Shown here: one piece after another, positions 51,301 to 61,480 of the stretch
Numbering within the stretch: the first letter of the stretch is position 1
Layout of the letters: every line of letters begins with the position of its first letter
Assembly: GCA_040954595.2 (NCBI GenBank)
Contig: CM082585.2
Span: 10,094,564-10,158,563 of the forward strand
Length of the DNA stretch: 64,000 nucleotides
Reading direction: 5' to 3'
Source: Balanoglossus misakiensis
Taxonomy: Eukaryota > Animalia > Hemichordata
Notes under the pieces: generated by a model
The model's database searches: none
What the model saw: the letters and a program-made list of their open reading frames with translations, nothing else
Told to the model about the DNA's origin: nothing
Translations under genes and position numbers: made by a program

Positions 51301-54300
51301 AAATTATTAACATAAGACTTGATTTTGAAAACTTTATACAATATGTCTTTGAATCCTACTTGCAGGATTTAGAAGAGCAGATGGGATTCTTAGTTGGCGA
51401 TTGCCTGATTGGCGCTGCTTTCTTGTCCTACATGGGACCGTTCCTGTCCAACTACAGAGATCACATGGTGAAGAACATCTGGCTAGCTGAGGTAAGCTCT
51501 TTCATTGGTTGAGATTTTTACAACAAGCCAGCTTCTCTGATCCACCACTAACGCCTATTTATGGCAAACATGCTGAACACACATATTTTGACTCCTCTAT
51601 TCCTGTGCTGTTACAATAACCTTTGTTATGTTAATTTACAGGTTCGTAAACTACACGTCCCGTGCAACCCTGAATTCTCCTTCTCAACGTTCCTCTCCAA
51701 ACCGACGGTGGTGCGTGACTGGAACATCCAGGGTCTGCCGACCGACTCCTTCTCCACTGAAAACGGTGTCATTGTCACCAGGGGAAACAGGTGAGGTGAA
51801 ACGTTTACTGAAAAGGGTCTTGATTATTATTCTACAATGTGATGTTTGGTACGTGGGTTGCGAACGTTCACTTTTGACAAGTTTGTTGTTTATGCTGGGT
51901 TTGTTTCAAAGAATTTATCCTGTTTTCTCATTGTATGTTACAGATGGCCACTGATGGTGGACCCGCAGGGCCAGGCCATCAAGTGGATCAAGAACATGGA
52001 AACGAAGCGAGGTCTGAAGATCATCGATTTGCAACAGCACGACTACCTGCGTACCCTAGAGGGCGCTATACAGTACGGCTTGCCCGTGCTCCTACAGAAC
52101 GTACACGAAGAGTTGGATCCATCACTGTCCCCAGTCTTGAATAAGTCTATCATCAAACGAGGTAAAAGTTCAAAGTCTTCATTTTCAGAACTGATCATTT
52201 TGCTGTGAGTGATTTTCAAGATCTTTCAATGCAGCACACACAAGCTAGTATTTTACTATAACAAATTCATCATTTCCACCCTGTGTTTCTGCAGGCAACT
52301 CCTTTGTCATCCGACTCGGAGACAAGGAGATTGACTACAACGAAGAATTCAAGTTCTACATCACCACCAAACTGAGCAACCCACACTACACGCCAGAGAT
52401 CTCCACCAAGACGACCATTGTCAACTTCGCCGTCAAGGAGCAAGGTCTGGAGGCTCAGCTGCTGGGAATCGTGGTGCGTAAAGAGAGACCCGAACTTGAG
52501 GAACAGAAAGACAGTCTGGTGATGAACATTGCTGCGGGCAAGAAGAAGATTGTTGAACTGGAAGACGAGATCCTGAGGTGAGGTGGTCTGGCTCAGCCTC
52601 TTATTCATCTTTTGGGCTTTCCATGACAACAAGTTTTCAATTGGGTTTCCACAACAACATTTTCCAATGGGTTTCCATGATAACAAATTCTCCTTTGGCT
52701 TACGATTTGCATCATCATCATCATCATCATCATCATTATCATCCATTCTTTGTTAGGTTGTTGAATGAAGCCACTGGTTCTCTGCTGGACGACGAACAGC
52801 TGGTCAACACCTTGCAGTCCTCCAAGAAGACATCTGAGGAAGTGACCGAACAGCTGGTGGTCAGCGAACAGACCGAGCAGAAGATCGACGCCGCTCGTGA
52901 AGGATACCGCTCCTGTGCCCAACGTGCCTCCATTCTCTTCTTCGTCCTGAACGACATGGGTCGCATCGACCCCATGTACCAGTTCTCGCTGGACGCCTAC
53001 ATTGACCTCTTCAATATGTCCATCGACAAATCCCAGCGAAGTCCACAACTGGAGACACGTATCACAAACCTGAACGAGTACCACACATTCTCAGTTTACA
53101 GGTAAGAGAGTGCTTCTTAATGAATGATACTTGAACTTTTACACCCAAATCAAGACCTAGAAATATGCATCCTGTTTCCATCGTTAACTCCTGCACAACA
53201 TTTCCACCAACAGATACACCTGCCGTGGATTGTTTGAGAAACACAAACTGCTCTTCTCTTTCCAAATGTGCGCTAAGATCTTGGAAGCAGCCGGCAAACT
53301 CAACATGGATGAGTACAACTTCTTCCTGAGAGGTGGCATAGTAAGTGGAGGTCTATTTTCACGAAAGAGGGATGAGAGTGTTCTCAGTTTTCTAGAAAGT
53401 CTTGAAAAAATTGTTCAGCCACTATCTTCTATTAGTGATTCAGTCGTGTGATTGTCAATACTGTATGTGTAAGAAAATTAACGTCACAATTTTGAAGTCC
53501 TACCTTTTGTATGACAAATGATGGCACTCTTTGTGTCTTTCAGGTTTTGGATAAGGAAGAACAGATGGACAATCCATGTCCTGGTTGGCTAGTGGACAGT
53601 GCTTGGGATAATATCACAGAATTGGATAAGTAAGTCTCCCCTCTTCTGTTACTAGACACCTGACTTTGAGCGTTGATGGCCCTCTGCATGAAGCTTGATT
53701 GCATGAATGAATTCAGCATATACCGTAAATCTTTTTGTGAAAAATATTGGTCATTTAGGCAGTTGGAAAAACCACACTGAGAATCAGATTTCTTCTTGAG
53801 GTGATGATAAACACTAATTGTACATGGAATAGCCATAGATGTACATGAATTCCCATGCCCCATCATCACATCACAGTAGTCCAATATGCAACACTTTATT
53901 CCTGACCAGTCCAGTTCAATTACAGAAAAATGTGATACATCAGCTTGTTCGATAGAATACTATTTCACACCATGCGTCATTTTGTTGCCAGCTTAACGGG
54001 TTTAAATACGCTTCACATAATAACTTGAAGCTTTTTAAATTTTTATTCCAGCCAGTGTTTTTCACAAGCTTTGTAATGATCACCATATAAATGCATGACA
54101 TGTGGGTTAACTGGTAAACGATACAGGGTTTTTTCGTAAGATTATCACGTGCGGGTGCATGCTTTCTTTACATGGTTGCCAGTCATAATTTTCTTGAACT
54201 TTTTCTTTTTTGTCACATGTACCATGTAGGCAGTAAGTATATACAATCACCAACGACACTTTACTAATCTGTAATTATAGCTTTCTCTTCACTACACTGG

Positions 54301-57300
54301 TGGTTTTCCTGCTGTTTCTGTCTGTATTGCAAATCTGTAAATTCAAACCTTTTTCTTTATTAACAATCCATCAGATTTGTAGGATTTTATCGTACTGTGG
54401 ACGTGGTCTGTGGCAATTATTATTCTCTCTTTAATGATTTGTGTATGTGTCCTCTCACCCCCAAAACTCCATCTGTTTTGGAATGGCTTATAATGGCTGT
54501 GTATGGTAAGTTGGACCATTCCATGAGGACACGGGGGTAAAAGGACACCTGTTGTGGTCAAGCTGTCTTGTGACTTGTTTGTGTGGCTAATCTCTCATGA
54601 ATACAGATAAAAACTGTGATTGGTTCATCTCTTGTGATACTGTCCCTCATTCATTAATGGAACTGTCAGAGTCAAGATAACTCAGATCGTTCCAACATTA
54701 TGTGAATTGGGTGGATGGGCGTCAAAAGTTTTCACAGCTTTACCCCTTCAATACCATACAATCACAGATTCATTCTCATTTGCCACAGACCCGATAAGCA
54801 GTTCACATTGATTTAGCATGCTGTTCACAGTGCATTTGCGACTAACATTACTTTTCCTACCGAACACACTTAACAAACAGGCTTCACAGCCTGTGTTCAC
54901 TGCTAACACATTTGTTTTGAGATGCAGTACAATACGGTAGTGTAGCTGTGGAAATGAGCGCGAGATGTTTTGAAGCGTGGCTTTCAAAGTGAATACTACT
55001 GGCCCTTAAGACAATGGCCTTTACGGGACTTGCGTGGTTGCATCTGTATTAACAGCGGCTACATAGGCCATGCTGAAGTGGTCTTTCACATGTCATAAAG
55101 ACGACATTGATTGTCCCCTCTTTTTTAAAGTATGAATGCATAGTTTCTGGGCAAATTAAGTCTCCTATAGACATAGGCTATATATCCAGCAATATTAGTG
55201 ATATCAAATAATAAGATTTTTAGATTGATTTTGCAATTATATCTAAGAATTTATTAACTTTGATCAACAAGTTAAATGTAGATGTTATGAAAATGTAGAC
55301 ATAGAGTTATAAGTGTTTAACTTAAGAGTTTTAACATTAAGTTCTTCCAAGTCACATGGCACAATGTTATTAAAAGTCACAGTGGTACAAAAGCATATTT
55401 TAGTTTTTTAACATTTTATAGTTCTGGAGAATAAAGATCAATTTCCTGGCGTGAGAGAGTGTTCTTGTCTTTGCACAAAGAATGTGGATGATTTTTTTGA
55501 TCACGGAAGTGTTTTCAAGAAGTAGACTTCACAATTATTGCCATTTTCAAAACACCTTGGTACATCAAATTCAAAATGAGGGCATTCTCTACTTATGTGA
55601 CAGATATTTTGAAGTGATATCATGAAATAATTGTCCAGAAAAAGTGAGATTTATAGAAGTATGTAACAGAGCGTTTGGAGGATGAAATTCTCAAATCATC
55701 ACGAAAATGGCAATACTGGTCTGGTTCTGAGCATTTCTAAACACACACATTTTTTGAATAGCAGTAGGTTGTGATCACCGTTATAATTTCCATCACTAAC
55801 AGGAGGTCACTTCCTCCTAAAGATTTAATTACAACACTAACATCAGGATGGCAATGTTTTTTTCTGTTGTATTGACTGTGTGCATGAATTTACTTTTTTT
55901 CCCCTAGATTGGCCAATTTCCATGGTTTGGCCGCATCGTTTGAACAGTACCCTCGCGATTGGAATATCTGGTACACCAGTGCTGAACCTGAATCTGCACC
56001 TTTGCCAAGTAAGAATTGAATTTCACGAATTCTTTGAGTTGTTTATTTCCCTAATGAGTACAGCTTCAAACAGAAAACACTGCGACTTGTGTATGACAAT
56101 TCTTGTTTTGTGTTGATCAGGTGAATGGGACAACGCATGTAATGAGCTTCAGAGAATGTTGATCGTGAGATCTATCAGACCCGACAGAGTCACCTTCTGT
56201 GTCACATCTTTCATTGTCAACAACTTGGGATCCAAGTAAGTCACAATCAATGAATATAACATACTAAGCACAAATGCAGAGAATCTATGGAAAACTGTAC
56301 ATGACTGTTCCAATATAAGATGGTCAGCACACTCGTATATTAAGGGACATGGATGGGAATATTGCCAGCCATGCTAATGAAGAGCTCATTATTTTAACCA
56401 TGCTGTTCTTCCTTCAACAAACCCTGGAAGATGATCGTGATGGATTGTCTGTTTATGTCGTACTTTTAGGTTTGTTGAGCCACCGGTGTTGGACATGAAA
56501 CAAGTGGTCGATGACTCCACCACCAAGACACCTCTCATCTTTGTCTTATCATCTGGTGTGGTAAGTTGTTTCTTTGCCTTTGGTGCCTTTTCATTGGGGC
56601 TTAAATTTTGATTTGAAATTGTCACAAGTTTCAGTTCAATGTCGAGTCCTGCTGCATTATTGTCATTGATCTTCAAGATGTCTGGTTTTATCACCATGTC
56701 AGAGAAGACTCTATCCAGCTGAACACAGGATTGAAATCTCTTTCCTTTTACTCTGAAACAGGACCCGACCAGTTCCCTGTTACAGTTGGCAGAGCAGACC
56801 GGCATGGCCCATCGTTTCCATGCCCTGTCTCTAGGTCAAGGCCAGGCTCCCATTGCCACGAGAATGATCAAGGAAGGCGTCAGAGAGGTGAGCATATTTT
56901 CAGAGAGTTTGAATACTCCAGCTCCTGTTACCATGGAAAATTCAAATAGCCAATCACAGATTTTCAGTGGTTGGCACACTGGCATTCGAAGACACAGACA
57001 CGCTCTTTTGACCATATATAGGCATATGTCAATGAGAGGTGTCCGTATATATGTTATATGATTGGGATTTCTTCTTTGACAGGGTAACTGGGTCTTCCTG
57101 GCAAATTGTCACTTGTCTCTGAGTTGGATGCCACAGCTGGATAAACTGGTGGAGCAGTTGCAAGTGGAGGAACCTCATCCAGACTTCCGTCTGTGGCTGA
57201 GTAGTAGCCCCCATCCGGAATTCCCTATTTCCATCCTGCAAGCCGGCATCAAGATGACCACGGAGCCGCCAAAGGGACTGAAGGCCAACATGAAGCGACT

Positions 57301-60129
57301 GTACCAGCTGATCACGGAACAACAATTCAGCCGATGCCACAAACCGGAGAAGTACAAGAAGCTTCTCTTTTCCCTCTGTTTCTTCCACAGTGTGCTCATT
57401 GAGAGACGCAAGTTTCTCATGCTGGGCTGGAACATCATGTATGGCTTCAACGATTCAGATTTCGAGGTAAAGTCTTCTTTTTACGTGTGGTTGTAAATTG
57501 AAAAAGACTGGTGCAAAAGTGGTCCAGGCTCCATGGTAAAGCCAATAATCTCTGCCGAGTTCAACACCCCCACTTTTGATCCAGTCCTATTGTTGTCCAT
57601 AGCTTGAGTGGACCAACACATATGAAAATGGGGATGAGCTTCTTGTCCCAGCTGAAAAACTAACACCAGAAACAATGTATCTGATCAATTTTACTGTTCA
57701 GGTTTCTGAGAACCTGCTGAGTATTTATCTGGATGAGTATGACGAAACACCCTGGGATGCGCTGAAGTACCTGATAGCCGGTGTCAACTATGGTGGTCAC
57801 GTCACTGATGATTATGACAGACGTCTCTTGACTACCTACATCAATGAGTACTTCACTGAAGCAGCCGTCGCTCAACCATTCTACAAGTAAGTATTGTATG
57901 TGATAGGAGAAGAGGTAGCCAGTTCTTCATCATGTCAGAATGCATCTGGGCCGATTGCATATATTCAAAACTTCTACTAATTTTACTGACGATGTGATTG
58001 CTTGCGTTACAGACTATCATCATTGCCAACATACTACATTCCAAAAGATGGGCCTCTGCAGACATACAGAGTGAGTATACAAGATGAATAAACAGTCACA
58101 ATTTGATGACAACTTTAACAGAAATTTAGCAACAACAAAAAATCAGTGTATAACATCTACCAATCATTCATGATCTCAAATTTCTCATGATGTCATTTTC
58201 CGATGTTTATACAGGAATACATCAGCATGTTGCCAGGTGTGGACCATCCGGAAGCATTCGGCCAACATCCAAATGCCGACATAGCCAGTCAGATCACGGA
58301 GACGAGAACCCTTTTCGACACCCTCTTGTCGCTCCAGCCGCAAGTGACAGTGACACAGGGCGAGAGTCGAGAGAGCAAAGTGTTGAAGCTGGCTGCTGAT
58401 GTGTTGGATCGAATACCGCCGGATATCGACTACGAGGGCACTGCCAAGATTCTGAAGGATGATCCTTCGCCACTCAATGTGGTGCTGTTACAAGAGGTTT
58501 GTTGTTCTAGTTTCAACTGTTCAGCCAAGTGGTTGTAAGTCGTCTAACTTAGGTTCCATTTTCTTCATCACATCACACCAGCTGAAATCAGCAATGCAGC
58601 ATACCAACTTCTTGTGTGCAAAAATCCAACACAATTTCACTCATCATACTTCTGGAAAAACGAAATAAAACTCTCTGCTTTATTTCACAGATTCAGCGGT
58701 ACAACTTTTTGCTGCGTAGGATCCGATCGTCACTGGTCGACCTCGACAAGGGTATCAAAGGTTTTGTGGTCATGTCGTCAGATCTAGAAGAAATCTTCAA
58801 CTGTATTTTCGATGCCAGGGTGCCTCCATCGTGGCAGAAGGTGGGTTGATTTACCTGGACAGACTTGTGGTCTCTTAAAGAACTATTTGCATCACTACCT
58901 CCTTTCATACTTTAGTAAAGCTATTCACAATTTGCCAATTCTAGAGATTACGGCTCCCTAACCTTTGAACATCCACATCTCTCCCTTCAGGCGTTTCCAT
59001 CCAACAAGCCATTGGCTGCTTGGACCCGCGACTTGGTACATCGTGTTGACCAGTTTGAGAAGTGGGCAAGCACGGCACATCCGCCAGTCATCTTCTGGAT
59101 GTCTGGTTTTACCTTCCCCACCGGGTTCCTGACGGCCGTCTTGCAGACTGCAGCCAGAGTCAACAATGTAAGTCAACTTTTAGGGCATATCTGTTCTTTC
59201 ATAAGGAAACAGAGAGTAATCGTGGGTGATGTGTAGTGAGTATATCAGATGGTAGAAATTATCTGTGACGGGTTTTATGTAGCTGGTGTTCTTCTCTAGT
59301 GACAGAAAATTGACCAATCAGAAGTTGAGATGACTTTGAAAGACCATGGAAGGTCAGCTGCTCTATGTCAGTTGCCATGGTTATGACCAAACAAAACAGT
59401 GTGACAAGCAAAGCAATCATCAGATCTTTATGTTCACTGTGTGTTTTTCCCACATCAGATCTCTGTGGATTCATTGTCCTGGGAGTTCATCGTCTCCACA
59501 GTGGATGACAACAACATCGTTCAGCCCCCGAAAGATGGTGTCTGGGTGAAAGGATTCTTCCTAGAGGGCGCTGGCTGGGACAAGAAGAACGCATGCCTCA
59601 TTGAAGCTGCACCCATGGAGCTGGTGTGCTCAATGCCCACAATACACTTCAAGCCAGTAGAAAATAAGAAGAAATCAGGCAAAGGTAAAAAACAACAACA
59701 TTTGGTATCAGGATAGTTGCCCCCATGGACAATACAACCTAGACATTTCCCACCCAGCCGTCAGGGCTAGGGTTCGGAATAGGGTTTAGGATAAGTGTCT
59801 AATGGGTACATGTCTGGGGGTGTCCTCCTTCCCAACCGTACTGGGCTTCCATTGTAATTTCAGGTACTTGTTTTGGAAAGATGCATTTTATTTGATATTT
59901 TTGCAACTCTGTGACGACTTCTCTTAACAAAATTCACACTGTTTCCTCATCTTTTTCTCTCTCTCTCTCTGCAGGAATGTACAATTGCCCCTGTTACTAC
60001 TATCCAAACAGATCTGGCACAAGCGACAGGGCATCCTTTGTAGTTGGCGTAGACCTGAAGGCTGGTGCATTCACAGCTGATCACTGGATGAAGAGGGGAA
60101 CTGCTATACTTATGAGTTTGGACTATTAG
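29132..60129 (+). CDS. DNAH2: Axonemal dynein heavy chain 2 (inner arm I1/f beta), complete, about 76 coding exons
   Basis: Long tail ([35 protein letters not shown]), linker ([19 protein letters not shown]), P-loops GPAGTGKT (~40957), GGTGSGKT (~42494), GPVGTGKT (~44748), GIGGSGRQ (~46829), stalk and MTBD (~49800-51250), AAA5 [14 protein letters not shown]6 SLGQGQAP, C-terminus [25 protein letters not shown] typical of DNAH2. AATAAA 60314/60396. Confidence 0.96.
29590..29681. mobile_element. Second clear copy of the ~85-bp TTAA/CCC MITE (DNAH2 intron)
   Basis: CCCTTTCACC ... GGTGAAAGGG perfect 10-bp TIR; internal match to 11763-11855. Degenerate copies at ~14161, 23546-23635, 36822-36907, 39761-39840, ~41104, 54450-54545. 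Confidence 0.72.
30257..30502 (+). other. U12-type (minor spliceosome) GT-AG intron in DNAH2
   Basis: 5' GTATCCTTT, branch point TTTCCTTAAC at 30478-30487, CAG at 30500-30502; removal gives in-frame WPD-S-IKNDF. Confidence 0.92.
31427..31480. repeat. Short palindromic MITE remnant
   Basis: CCATA(A)GACAGTAGAGGGG ... CCCCTCTACTGTCTATGG inverted pair. Confidence 0.65.
40374..40526. repeat. Compound (GACT)n-(GAAT)n microsatellite
   Basis: Direct reading, intronic. Confidence 0.96.
48110..48415. repeat. (TG)n microsatellite (core 48292-48363) with degenerate RY flanks
   Basis: Direct reading, intronic. Confidence 0.93.
48460..48549 (+). CDS. Candidate in-frame 90-nt cassette exon of DNAH2 ([30 protein letters not shown])
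   Basis: CTGAC branch-like site, C-rich tract and TAG acceptor; purine-rich stop-free frame; GTACTG donor; phase 0-0 matching flanking exons 47790|49557. Confidence 0.55.
52710..52743. repeat. (CAT)n microsatellite next to a DNAH2 acceptor
   Basis: Direct reading. Confidence 0.9.
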
Positions 60130-61480
60130 TGCAGGAATGAGAGAAAAACGGAACAGAAACTAAACCTTTGCACTTTGAAGTGTTTTGTATCATTACAGTG
60201 TAAATACTTTATACATTTCTATGTAAGAATTTTCAGGCAATGTCCCTGTTGATAATATGAGATTATTATAAAAATACCATGAAGTGTGGTGCATCCAATA
60301 TGATCTCACTGTAAATAAAAATGTTTTATCTTGTATTATATTACACATTTTCTTGGTTTGTGTAAACTGTATTTGTGATAAAATGCCATTTTTTGAATAA
60401 AAATAACTGTATTCTCAAAGTTATGAAAACTATCTATTTGATAGTGGATAAAAAGTACAGACTAATATTCCATCCATTTGTAAAATGTTTATCATATATT
60501 TGTGTGATGTTTTGTTTAACAAAGTTCGCATTAAAAAAACTATGAAGTTCCCAATGTACATTAGGATATTGATCATCCAAATTATATACCAAAATTGAGG
60601 TGTGCTGTCAGAGTGTTCACGAATGTAAGTTTCAGTTTGATCATTTAGATTGTGTTCACTGTCATGCCTGTAATCTAGTAATTGCATTTGAGCTTATCAA
60701 ACCATAGAGGTGCAGTTGAAAAAGCTGGAGTGAAAAGGAATATTTCGAGACAGTTTAGATTTTAGTAAATACAGCCATGGCACTAGTAAAAAACATATGT
60801 ACCAACATAAAGAATAAACTCGCAAAGGATGGTTATTTGAAAGGAGAATGATAAATATATTGTACAGTTTTATTAGAGTTGCAACTTTTTTCTGTTGTCA
60901 AGTGTCAGAGATGTATTTTATGCTGTTCACATTTACACAAGATTTGTTATAAATAAAGTTATTTTGAAAAATAGTGCTCTTTTTGTAATTGAGTGGATAA
61001 AATACCCTGGACGGTGGTGATTTTTCTAAACAGCACAAAAATTCATCGTTTCAAACACAAGTTCCAAATGTTTGGAAAGAAAAACAAAAGGCTGGAAATA
61101 GAACAAAAACTTCTCGTCGGTGGCGCTGTTTGGGACGGAAAATACGTAATGAAATTGAATGAAATTAGATTCTCAACGTCAAGCACTCAAATTTTAGACT
61201 GATGCAGAAGTTAATGGTATTGTTTTAAATTCACTAAACGAAAAAATATAGTGCTTAGTACTTGTAGATTATGGATTCACCTTGAGGTTAGTGCTACTGT
61301 GTGAAGGGTCAGAGCGTGATACAGTACTGAAGAAATGCATTCTGGGATGTTAAAATTTTCCGTGACGTCGTTGTTTGGATCATGCAGACTACTGATTCTG
61401 GAAGTCGCTGTGTTTGGGCCTTAGACTGAACATTTATTTTGTTGAAAAAAAGATCCATATATTTAAAACTTTGCATGAAG

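Noticed and set aside
54375-54505. 131-nt open, phase-compatible segment that could be a mutually exclusive partner of DNAH2 exon 55908-56008
   Set aside because: The peptide shows no convincing similarity to the constitutive exon, and its GTAAGT donor lies within a degenerate copy of the TTAA MITE (ATGGTAAGTTGGACC).
59770-59795. TAGGGTT telomere-like words
   Set aside because: Only 2-3 degenerate units inside an intronic repeat remnant; not an interstitial telomere array.
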